In this document: positions 36,521 through 48,301 of the stretch, piece after piece | How the letters are laid out: each line of letters starts with the position of its first letter | Numbering within the stretch: position 1 is the first letter of the stretch | Assembly (NCBI GenBank): GCA_965153285.1 | Contig: OZ229116.1 | DNA: 64,000 nt | Direction: 5' to 3' (one strand) | Source of the DNA: Podarcis tiliguerta | Taxonomy: Eukaryota | Translations under genes and position numbers: made by a program | Notes under the pieces: generated by a model | What the model was told of the DNA's origin: nothing | Database searches by the model: none | What the model saw: only the letters and a program-made list of their open reading frames with translations

Positions 36521-38632
36521 ATCAAAGGAGTGATGGGAAAACCCTTAGCTTTTTCCCAGTACCATTCAGAAAAATTAAGATCATGGCATTTATGTTATGG
36601 CAAATGGAATCCCATAGGAGGGACGAATTCTCTTTTGCGCTCACCATTCCAACCACTCTGCAAATATTCACTAGTGGATCTCTCCCGCAAGCTGTTCCCA
36701 GGAACTGGGAGGTGGTTTCAGCCACCTCCCATACAACCTTTATTACACCAAGAAATTCAATGCTTAGGTAGAGCTGTCATAACTTGTGTCAGTTCAATGG
36801 AAACAGGTTTTTTCAGACACAGTAACACAGCCAATATTCGCACCCCCCCACATGGGCAATAGCAGACAGAAATAAAATGTCCTTCTATTCCCTGCTGCAA
36901 CTCTGTCCCTTGAGAGCGGGGAGGGTTGTCTCACACCTCTGCATTCCTCTTTATGGTACCTAAGAGTATAGAAACCTTGCAGAGGCATGTGAGAATGGCA
37001 TGAAAGGGAAGGCGTTTGCCCTTTGCTCCCTGGACATGCCTTCCTACTTAGAGAGTCCCCATGGAGCAAGTGGCCAAATAAACCCAGGACCTGACAAGTA
37101 CTGTGCCCACCATAATTACAAGGCTACTCTGCTGCAGTGCTGTGGATGGGAAAATGTAAAAAGGAAAATCTGTTTCATAAGTTCATTAGTAGCAATCAGT
37201 GGATGCCAACTGCAAATACAGTATTAGGCAAGCTTGGCAGTTTCACAGTTTTTATCTGTGTTTGCTAAATACAAGCAAAATAAACATGCCAAATTGGATC
37301 GCTCTCTAGGGTATCAGGAAATTGAAAACTAAAAGGAAATTCTGATGCAAATTTCCAATGCAAAAATTTCCAGAAACCCATATCACTGCTCTGCGGGTAG
37401 GATTTCCTGGGGTATGTTAGCTTCGTGGTAGATGGTTCTGAGTTGCTAAGGTGTTGTTGGAGACCGTCTCCCATCAGCTCAAGCCAACATGGCCAGTGGT
37501 CAGCGATGAGAAGAATCAGTGACATTCTGCACAACAACAGTTTCCCCAATCCTGTGCTGAGCAGACTGACTTAAGTAGTTCTTATTAACACCATGAAACT
37601 TTCTCTGTATTACAGAGCTCATGTCCATTGTGGAGATATTGGGGTGGGGGAAGAGAACTTCCTTCGTAGAATCTGGAAAGACTGAGTGGTATCCGACTAA
37701 CTCCTTCCATCAGTGCAAGGGAATCCGCTTGCGCAATGCAACTCCACCCCTCCCCCTGTGTGTCCCCGAAATCTGTTCTGGGGGTTCTCCCAACCCTCCA
37801 AAGCAGATCTGGAGAGAGCATGAGAGGAGAGAGGAGAGGAAGGAAATAACAGACAGAAATCCTTGCACTGATGGGATGCGGTAGGCCACAACTGCACCAT
37901 ACATTTAAAATACTAGTATACAACTTTAATAGATATGGCTTCCCCAAAGAATCCTGGGAAATGTAGTTTGTAATGAGTGCTGAGAGTTGCTTGGGAACTG
38001 TAGGGTCTGTGAAAGGAATAGGGGTCTCCCAACAACTCTTAGCAAGCTGTACATGGGTGTACTGTTTGAAGTGGTATAATAGTGTTTTAAATGGATGGTG
38101 TGGGTTTAGTCTTAGCTGGTAACCCAGGTCTATCAACTGGACTCCTCAAAGCACATTTTTATTATACATTTCTCTAATATAGGCCCACCAGCTTGGCCAA
38201 AACTAACCAGCCACATAAAAGGCTAAATGACAATCCATCTGTTTTTGAAGGGGGAAGTTAGCATATTGTAGGTGGGTTGTGGTAGCCTGCATTAACTCAA
38301 AAAAGCAGAGATGTTGTCCTTTTTATACAGCAACATATTTCATGAACTAGTCTACTATTCTGCTATGGCCTTGCACTAGATAGAAGTACATAAAATGCCC
38401 TCATATACGAACCAGCTAAAGACTAATTTTTAACACTGAATTTTAAATTTTTGTAGCCTGCTTTGGAACCTTAAGGAGAAGAGCAGGTAAGACATTTAAT
38501 TTTTTGAAAAAGTAAATAAATTAATAACAATAAATGTGAAAAGCCACTAAAGCCCAGCATGTTGTTTCCATAAATGATGTCCTTGCAGACTTATTAATGG
38601 TTTTTCTCTTAACCTTTCAGATTAGTACTTAC

Positions 38633-38783
38633 CAGTTTTGTTTATATCAAGTTCTGATAACTTCAAGGATAGTTCACTAGAATTTCCACTTGCAGAGGAC
38701 ACAAGGATATCATGAAGGGCATTTCTTCTCCCGGTTCTCCCAGAAGCAATGAAATCTGCATATGTAGATTCCACATCAGTCAT
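38633..38783 (-). CDS. PKIA: PKIA first canonical coding exon ([50 protein letters not shown])
   Basis: Contains the PKA pseudosubstrate [16 protein letters not shown] and a Leu-rich NES. The exon starts at 38810 after ttttcttag and ends at a GTAAGT donor. Confidence 0.98.
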
Positions 38784-40056
38784 TGCTAACCAGTATCCAC
38801 ATAGCAGTACCTAAGAAAAAACAAAGAAAATCAAAAGCTACATTAGGGATAATAGGAGGGCATGAAGCAAGGAGACAAATATGGAATCATTAGATGATTT
38901 GTACAACTGGGAAGACAATTTCACACCTTGTATCATGGAAGGCTTTGGGGAAGGGATAGCTAACCTGTGTCCCTTCCGGTTTTGTTGAACACCACATCCT
39001 GTCAGCGCCAGCTAGCATGGCCAAAGCTCAAGGGTAGTAGGAGCTGAAGGGCACCAGGTTAAAATAAGCTGATCTAAAAATGATGTTAATCTATTAATTA
39101 ACACCATCAAAAATGGTTTAGAAACATTAGCTGGTGAAAAACGCCATGGCTGTCCATCATTTGCTAATGGGTCAGCCAAAGCACATTAGACTGGTGCTGC
39201 ATCAGCTGCTTCTGCAGTTCCACAACATCTGGAAGGCACAATATTGTCTACCCAGAGTGTCTGGTTTATCTGACCAGCCTGAGGTTCGAGGTTCTCAACT
39301 AGAAAGAAGGGAACATTGGTTGGAATCTGTTGGGAGGGCTCCATGTTGAGGAAGACTGCTTTATATCAATTCCAAATTCATGGTTGAATGAGGAGATCTG
39401 AAATAATGATTCACGTCCATCGCTATCCCAGCCCCCTCAGCCTCCATGTCTTTCCTGCTTTCAAACGGAATCATACACCTAAAATAAGCCTGCTAACAAC
39501 AGGCATTTGCCTATTTTTAGCCTCTTTACTTGTGTCTCCCCGCCGGCCCCCAGTCTTCCTTTCGATCAGACAAGAGACAAATAGTTACATGAGCCTTCCT
39601 GGAGCCAAGTGAACAGTTATTTGAGAAGCTGGCGGAAGGGGATTAGGTACAACATTTTATACAGGCTAAATATAGCCATATCGAATGTCTCTGAGCAGTT
39701 TATCCACACAGGGCTTCACACCGACAGAACTTCCGAGAATGGCATGCGGCAGGGCCATCAGCCCGAACAATGATACACTAACGTTAATGCTGTAAACAAG
39801 ATCTAACATAAGGCTCAAAAATTCATTAAAACAAAGCTACACACACACTAACACAACAGCAGAGAAAACGTTTCTCAATAAACTTATTTCTAGCTTCCCT
39901 CACATCTCCGCAACATATATAGCTAACAGACCTCATTCTAGGGCCGAGGTAAAATGATACCCTGATTATTTGGTCCTATCATACTAATGTGTGCCTAAAT
40001 TCATCACCTTTGGGCTAATGATAGAAAGAGATAGTACGGTGGTAGCGGGCCTTTCT

Positions 40057-40098
40057 TTCCTTCCTTCCTTCCTTCCTTCCTTCCTTCCTTCCTTCCTT
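40057..40098. repeat. (TTCC)n microsatellite
   Basis: Tandem TTCC run. Confidence 0.9.
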
Positions 40099-40931
40099 CT
40101 TTGCTGCTGCCTATAGAAGTGGCAATGGCCATAACCAAGCTGGCAAAGTTGTTCTTCTTTGGTGTCTCCGGCCACCATTTTGTTTCCCCTTCCCAGACTG
40201 CCTTGGGCCTGGATAGTGTCATTTGGGATGAGAATAAAGCACCATGATGAAAGACATGGTGGCCCTTTGGAAAACTACAAACCCCTCTTATGGGAAAGGA
40301 GTGGTATGCTGTCCCTTGCAAAGTTTTAAAAGCTAGGTGACAGGGAGGAGGGAGACCCTTGCTGATCTCCCCAATAACCCTTTCCCTCCATCACCCGAAT
40401 GCATCTTTCAGCAGGGGTGGGGAACCTGCAGCCTTCCATATATTGTTGGATAGCAACTCCCAGCCAGCTTTCCCAGCAAGAGACGATGGAGTTGGAGTCC
40501 AACAACAACTGGAAGAGCACTGTTCCCCATCCCTGTCTACAGCCTCCTAGGAAGCTAAGGGAGCACAGGAAAAGTGGGGAAAGCACACTTCTGGCTCCTT
40601 TCAAATGACATCTGATCCAAGAAAGAAGTGCCGTCTCCACTGAACCAATGAACTCCACTGAACTCACCCAATGGGGCATCCTACATGGATAGCCATTATT
40701 AAAGAGAAAGAAAAAGGGCAGATGAACTGGCATGGCTGCAATTCACTTACAGCAATAGGAAGCCTCCCTAAAACAACAGTTTGAAATATGATGCAAGGCA
40801 AAAAATAAAAAAAGGCTTGCGGAGGGGGGAAAGCCAGGCCTGGAAAGAGTGCAGCCTGAGGAGAGTGTCCTGAGGGTCAAGTAGGTCTGCATTTGGGGCC
40901 CAGGGCCTGTGTTTCCACACCACTGATTTAG

Positions 40932-41345
40932 AAAGGGTGGGATGGAGGAGAAACAAGCTCTTTTCTTGCATTTACTAGGTCTCTTGACATACATTAATTG
41001 AGGAGCCAATCCTATGCACATTTACCAGGGAGCAAACCCGCTGGGCATAGTAAGACTTGAGTCAGAGGACTGGGCTGTAAAATGCATAACCATTGCCTGT
41101 CTGCTTTGCTTTAACTACAGTGGTACCTCGGGTTAAGTACTTAATTCGTTCTGGAGGTCCGTTCTTAACCTGAAACTGTTCTTAACCTGAAGCACCACTT
41201 TAGCTAATGGGGCCTCCTGCTGCTGCCGCACCACCGGAGCACGATTTCTGTTCTCATCCTGAAGCAAAGTTCTTAACCCAAGGTACTATTTCTGGGTTAG
41301 CGGAGTCTGTAACCTGAAGCGTCTGTAACCTGAGGTACCACTGTA
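40932..41345 (+). repeat. Left arm of a local inverted duplication (184-bp flank plus MITE)
   Basis: Reverse complement of 46743-47172; I count 2 mismatches in the 184-bp non-MITE part. Confidence 0.95.
41118..41343. mobile_element. Tc1/mariner-type MITE (family A)
   Basis: TA-CAGTGGTACCTC ... GAGGTACCACTG-TA. Confidence 0.92.
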
Positions 41346-42287
41346 CTGTATCTGCAGTATATGTGTGGCAGGCCCTTTCCTGCAGTGGCTCCCTGTTTCT
41401 ATTTCTCTTTCCTCTTGGTTTTAATGTATCTATATGGGGTTTGTTGTCTATTTGTTTGGCTGTAAGCCACTTTGGGTTGCCCTGGGCAAGATAAAGTAAC
41501 TAACACACATTATATTAATAATAATATTATTAATAATAATAACAACACAAATACTGCAGATAATTTGACTGTGAAAGGACATAACAGGTGCAAGGTGGCA
41601 GAGAGAGGGACGAGGGGGAGGAAAGATTTTTCAAAGGTTCCATAGTAGACTGCCATCTCACTAGAAGGTAGACACAATGGTAAGTGAGAACTTAATGTTC
41701 TGTTTATCCTACTTAAAAAATAAATAAATTAGCAGTGAAAGAGAAAAGCTTTTGCAAATAAACAAAATGCAAGTCAAACAAAGTTGGGCTGACAACTGTA
41801 GGAACAATTGCTCTGGATTCGATGATCAGACAATTTCCTGTATCAAAATTTCATACTTTGATCCTTCCTTCCATGTAAACATATTTACCATTTGATATTT
41901 GTCTGATCCCTTTATCCAGGGATGATTTCCGAGACTCATGTGCAAAGCCTCTGAGTAATTGGGCAAAAGACCAGCTGCAGCAAGCCACTCCTCAAAAACA
42001 AATGATAACTGGGCTCTTGGTGCTAATTTCACATCACTCCAATGTTGTTCACTAATTATTCCCTGCCAGGCTGCTGACTTACAGCAATCTGTTAATGCAA
42101 AAAGCTTATTACAGAGCCTGTTCTCATGCACCACAGAAAACTGCATCTTGCTCTGCTGATTGCAGTAAGTTTGCTGGACAACTGATAATGATGGCATTGT
42201 GTCATATTTAGTCAATTAAGCTAAAGAGTCACTTGTATATGTCAGATGGCAGAATTAGTAAGACTATTTTCTGAACTTTGCCCTCCC

Positions 42288-43386
42288 TTTTTTTTTTAAA
42301 AAAAATAATTTTTATTAACCGGCCAATCAAATCAAATTAAATCACATCACATAAGTTCCGAATTACAAAGCCAAATTTTAAATTTTGTTGGGGGGTCCCA
42401 TATTTCAAGATCTGAAGGGGGATTCTGATCATCTTCTTGCTACTGCGTTAATGTCCAAATCAGTCCAAACAGAGTTCATAATACTATCCAGTCTTATCTT
42501 GCTGTTTCCACATCACATCTTGTTCATATATTTTCTCTTTTTTCTTTATGATCTCTTCTGATAGTCTCCTTAAGCCGATAAACACCAATAATATGCCTGT
42601 ATGAATTTTTCCGTTCTTCCAATCCTCAAATCGAGATGGTTTCCATATATCATCGCCTTCATAGATAACATCACTCTTTCCATCATTAATCTCGCAAAAC
42701 TGTTGCTCTTAAGTCCCTCTGAGGAGTTTCACCCACGATATAAAAACAGCTCTATTTCTCTCTTTCTCCTCCCAGACTCAAGACCTCTGACAGAACTTCC
42801 CAACATGGCGACGGCATTTTTAACTGCGTCATTCCAAAGCTCTTATACATTCCATGCTCTTCTTAAAACATGCTTTGGTTCAAAAGTTTATCTCCACACA
42901 GCCTTAAATCCACAGCTTAAGTCCTTAAAACGACATTTCTGACTCGTGAGGGGAGGGGATTCTTGTTTAATCACATAAGGAAAGAAAGGGAAGTTTTTTT
43001 CCCCTCCCCCATCAGTCATTTGCTATACCGAGTCTTGGCGTATCTTCTCATGATTTATTCTTGTCTTGTTTTATCAGAGGTATCTTCTGTTAGCAGTCTT
43101 TACTCCCCCTCCTTCCTTGAAATATGTGCGTTCCTTCATCCAAATTGTTTCTTTTGAAGTTCTTGCAGCAGGGACGGCATCCAGGAGCACCGGAATCCCA
43201 CAGGAAGGCTTTGTGCCTAGTGCCCCCATCCCCACAAATTCGGGGGTGGTATAGGGCACAGCAGGCAAGGCAGTCCCCCCAACCATGCTGGGGGGGTAGG
43301 GAGGCTAATTACTCCATCATAGCCTCCAAATTACCTTGTGTGGGTCGGAGAGATGTTACTGTCAGCCATCTTCCGATGCGCCCCCC
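42288..43386 (-). mobile_element. Short L1-related, probably non-autonomous retroelement
   Basis: Minus strand starts with a G-run and a YY1-like AAGATGGC (43365-43372) in a GC-rich leader, has a purine-rich body, then AATAAA (42311-42316) and an A-tail; imperfect TGCCCT..TTTT flanks. Confidence 0.6.
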
Positions 43387-43440
43387 TAGTGCCCCCCCTG
43401 CCCTTTTTATTATACTAATGATTATACTGTTTTGTTAATG

Positions 43441-43576
43441 CAGGCATTTCCAACCTGTGGCCCACCAGATGTTTTGGCCTACAACTCCCATGATCACTAG
43501 CTAACAGGACCAGTGGTCAGGGATGGTGGGAATTGTAGTCCAAAACATCTGGAGGTCTGAAGGTTGGGAATGCCTG
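43441..43576. mobile_element. Palindromic hAT-type MITE
   Basis: TIRs CAGGCATTTCCAACCT / AGGTTGGGAATGCCTG; 8-bp TSD TGTTAATG/CGTTAATG. Decayed relatives near 9800, 32690, 37450, 38960, 40410 and 47180. Confidence 0.85.
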
Positions 43577-45485
43577 CGTTAATGGATGCACTGCTGTCTG
43601 TGTTTTAGGATGATGATTTAGATGTACCTGCCATTAATCTGCATCATCATAAGGTCCCAGGGTGGGTGACAACAATGTAAAAATACATAAATAAAACCAG
43701 TTAAAACACTTTATCATTAGAAGAATAGGGTGGATCCTAAAAATAGATATCTTGGATGTCAAGCAGGAAATGAACAGGAAGAAGAAACACTCTCTTCTGC
43801 TTGATAGATGTGGGGATACTTATGGAGACATTTTGCATGGACATCATGGAGGTACTGATGGGCACACTGCCCCCTCTTAGGAAATTCCATAGTTAAAGTG
43901 ACTACTTCATTTTAGTTCTATCCAGGCAAAGAACCCGTGTAATACAGCGGCTAAAAGCAGGATCTGGGAAACTCTTAGTTCAAATCTCAGCTCAGTCTTT
44001 ATCTTGACAGATCTAGAAACCAAGGTGTATGCTTTGTTTGGGGTGCCCTATGCCATGTTGTTTCTGCTTCTTCCAGATCATAGTCTACACTTCCAAGAAG
44101 TGCCAAAGAAAGCGCAGAGGACACTCTGTATAGATAAATACGGCCCAGTACCTGGAAAGAAAATGAGGAAACAAGTCCTCTCACTAGAAGTTTTCATTTT
44201 CTCTAAGGAAACAGAAAGCCTTTAAGATCTATGAAGATCCCATAAAAACACATTTAATTTTTCATGTAACTGCATTAGCTGGAAGTCCTAGATTTTAAAA
44301 TATTTTCCCCCAAAGAAAAACAAACCATTTACAATAAGTGAATTGCCTAGGGTTTCCTAAAAGCCTCATACATAATTATCGTGTGAGGAGACTAATGTAA
44401 TTTAAATATAATAAAAAGATACAAGTCTTTTATAAATTCATGAGATTTTTTCAACTACAACCCTATGTCCATATTCCTGGAAGAAAGACCCACAGAGCTC
44501 AGTGGGACTTATCTCTGAGTAGACATATAGATAATTGTGCTGTTGCTTCTACCTTTATGCTTACCTAACTTAGGCTGTCTCAAACACCAAACAATATGCT
44601 TAAGAGTTTGGACAACTACAAATAAAGCTTGTCTGCCATTGGCAGAAGTGATCTCTAAGAAAATAACCAGAACATGCAGACATTTTATTATGAACACTTT
44701 GCACTTGGAAGATTGTGGTTGTGTTGGAAATACTGTACGCTAAAACATGTTTAAGCATTAGAAGTGCCACAACTCCTTTAATTTGTACAATACCATGTCT
44801 TTCATGACCCAACACAGAGCACATACTTCATATGTATAAGATCCCAGCTTCAGTTCCTGTCATTAAAAGGATCACATAGTAAATTTGTGAAATACTTCTG
44901 CCTGAGATTCAGGTGAGCCTCTACCAACTATAAGACCAATTCCTCCATTCCATGCCCCACCCCAAACAGAGCTTCGGCCAAACATGGGTCACTGAAACTT
45001 TATAGACCTTCAAATTGCAGATTTGGGTGAGAGCCATGACATGCCAGCTAATTTGTACTGAACATTTAAATTGCAGAACGTATTTACTTATTAAAAAGAA
45101 AGAACAAACATGTTCATTTGCTGGAGTTGGCTTGAAATTCGAGGAAAATAAACCACGCACCCCCAAGGACTTGAAAGTCAGCGAGTTGGTTCAGTAATCA
45201 ACACTATGATCCAGCAGGTACATCATTTGACTTCTTACTCAATCTCTTTTAAAAATAGCAGTTGCTATCATCTGACTTGGATCACCACTTCTCCTTTTAT
45301 TGAAATAGAAGCTGGTGGGACCTGCTGTACAGATAAGAAAGGATGCTTGTATCAATTCTTGCTTTAGTGCAACACACTAAACATTTGTCCATTCTTACTG
45401 GTCCCAGCTGAGATATCATGACATCTGCAAAAGGAAACAGATGCATTTTCAGATATTGGTGCTTCTTTATGGCAAGTATTCTTAC

Positions 45486-45589
45486 ATCAGGAGCTTTCAA
45501 AGCAGCAATAAAGAGCTGAAATTGAACAGTGTAAGCTTGAAACAGAACCATTAAGGAAACAGCTTTCCAAATATTTCTAGAGAGCATCC
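45486..45589 (-). other. Candidate upstream PKIA exon (104 nt)
   Basis: cttcatatttctacag acceptor and GAT|gtaaga donor; open reading frame from ATG 45587 in phase with PKIA. No transcript evidence. Confidence 0.4.
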
Positions 45590-46199
45590 CTGTAGAAATA
45601 TGAAGTAGACCCTAGTGAGAATGTGGAAAGACAATTTAGTTCTTTAATATGACCCAGGTCATACTAACACACAGTTTCCAAACAAGCTGATTTTCAGAAC
45701 TACGCTTCTCATACAAGTAATTTCAATTACTACATGCATATGAAGGTTGGGTTGCCTTGATGTCCCAAGTCAGCTGCCCCAGATAGAGCTCAATGAATGT
45801 ACCTGTCAAACAATATACATGCTTCAGTGACAAAGCAAGCATGAGTTATCACTTTAAGTGGTCACATGAAAAAAGTCAGATTTGGGTAAGCCACATACTA
45901 TATACTATCGTTATGCACACAAAGACATTGCATCAAAACTTTGCAGTGTATTTAAATACATGTTGTCTTGTTCTGCATATGTATGTTAAAATGACATGCA
46001 ATACTATATTCTGGACCAGATTTAGAGGTTTGTTTTGTGGATTTATTTCTTTGTCCCAAATCCAGTCAGAGATAGAGGGGGAATCAGTGAGACACACTGC
46101 CTAGATGGCAAGGCCATAAGTGAAGAATGGGAAAGGAACAGGACCTGGGATCTTTCACAGTTAATTTGCATGGATATACACACCTCTTTTACCTTAAGG

Positions 46200-46451
46200 C
46201 GTGGGTAGGCAAACTAAGGCTCAGGGGCCGGATCCAGCTCAATCACCTTCTAAATCCAGCCTGCGGACGGTCTGGGAATCAGCATGTTTTTACATGAGTA
46301 GAATGTGTGCTTTTATTTAAAATGCATCTCTGGGTGATTTGTGGGGCATAGGAATTCATTCTTTTTTTTCTTTTCAAAATATAGTCTGGTCCCCCACAAG
46401 GTCTGAGGGACAGTGGACTGGCCCCCTGCTGAAAAAGTTTGCTGACCCCTG
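46200..46451. mobile_element. hAT-type MITE, inverted relative to 35667-35919
   Basis: Perfect 8-bp TSD CCTTAAGG (46192-46199, 46452-46459). Confidence 0.88.
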
Positions 46452-46742
46452 CCTTAAGGGATATAAACAAACAATTAAAAAGCAGGGCTGGGAAAGACCT
46501 TGATGTGCCCCAAGGCTCTGGAGCACTCCTGTCAAGAGTAAACAATATGACACTAGTTGGATCAACAGAATATAAGGCAGCTTCAAATAAAATCAAGGAT
46601 GAAGATACAGGAGGCTGTAGAGCTCTTCCCTACATTATTTGAATTTTATGTAGAGGTTTTCAAACATAGAGGTATTAATTTCAATCCTGCACATGACTAT
46701 ATCTATCCTTAAGTGATTAAATCAGACAACGTTGCATGGAAA

Positions 46743-47172
46743 TACAGTGGTACCTCGGGTTACATACGCTTCAGGTTACATACGCTTCAGGTTACAGACT
46801 CCGCTAACCCAGAAATAGTACCTTGGGTTAAGAACTTTGCTTCAGGATGAGAACAGAAATCGTGCTCCGGTGGTGCGGCAGCAGCAGGAGGCCCCATTAG
46901 CTAAAGTGGTGCTTCAGGTTAAGAACAGTTTCAGGTTAAGAACGGACCTCCAGAATGAATTAAGTACTTAACCCGAGGTACCAGTGTAGTTAAAGCAAAG
47001 CAGACAGGCAATGGTTATGCATTTTACAGCCCAGTCCTCTGACTCAAGTCTTACTAGGCCCAGCGGGTTTGCTTCCTGGTAAATGTGCATAGGATTGGCT
47101 CCTCAATTAATGTATGTCAAGAGACCTAGTAAATGCAAGAAAAGAGCTTGTTTCTCCTCCATCCCACCCTTT
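46743..47172 (-). repeat. Right arm of the inverted duplication (MITE 46745-46986 plus 184-bp flank)
   Basis: Reverse complement of 40932-41345. Confidence 0.95.
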
Positions 47173-48301
47173 TGCTAGGATGTGGAACCTGTGACAGCTC
47201 AAGTGTTGTTAAACCAATGCGCCCCAACTAGCATGGTGGGTGGTCAGGAATCATGGAAATGGTAGCCCAAACACAGCTCCCTACCCCTGTCTTTCTGTGT
47301 CATCAAACTGTCCCTGAACCCATCATTTCCAAGCTATTTTCCTTCCCAGCTCTCAGCTCTCTGTTAGAGGCTTTCAAAGGATTACAAAACTGAAGCCTTC
47401 TGCAGATGACCCATCAGCAGTGGCAAAAAAATTAATGGTTAGTGACAAAATAGGGTTTTAAGCAAGGAGTGTGAATATACCTTTAAGCAAGGTTGTGTGC
47501 GTGCGTGTGTGATACTGTTTTATATGAGACAAAATAAATTCACATGGAGGAAGTACTCAGGAAATTAACAGAGGATGTGCACAGTAATGATATTATCCTC
47601 TAATAATGTTTCAGAACCTACAGCATTTTTCCGGGGGTGGGAATCTCTGCCGCCTCTTCTATATGAAATGCAAAATGATTCAGCAGGAACGCGTGATCTA
47701 TCAGCTGAATAATACCCCTAAGAGCTTTATGGTAACTGTCATAGCCCTAACAAAGGGCTTATGCACCTTATATAGAAGATTCCTCTTTAAGGAATGAAAC
47801 AGCTGACAGTCAAGGAATTCCCACTGTAGCTTTCATTTAATTTGCTTGGTCCTAAAATGGCATATGAACAACCAAGTTTTAGAATGAATTGAATTGTGTT
47901 TATTTCTCATTGGTTTAAAATTTAAAAAGAAAATAAACAGAGCGGTCAATCATTTTTCATGTATTATTTTTCAATATCATTTTAAGCAGGAAATTATATA
48001 ATCAGAACTCCCAAGTCTTATGATTTGCTCCATTTTGATTTGAATCTGCTCACAGAGCTGAACCAAAAACAGCACCACACATACACAAAGGGAAGATCTT
48101 AACAGGAAGAATAATTAGAATATATTAATTGGAAAAGGGCACTGGGCAAAGTGGGGGGGAACCCAAATAGCCAGAAACAAACCAAAACAGTCACATACAC
48201 AAAAGACTCAATGGCATGAAATATAAACTAAGGGAGTGTACAGACTGATGATCAGAATTATAATAGAGTACCTTGGAAAGAAGAACAGAGGAAGAGAGAC
48301 T

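Noticed and set aside
37707-37874. 14-bp perfect inverted repeat (CCATCAGTGCAAGG) as a miRNA or structured RNA
   Set aside because: The arms are ~140 bp apart with no long continuous stem; it looks like a decayed palindromic MITE.
37585-38136. 183-aa minus-strand ORF in the last PKIA intron
   Set aside because: Spans two MITE-like remnants and shows no protein-family features.
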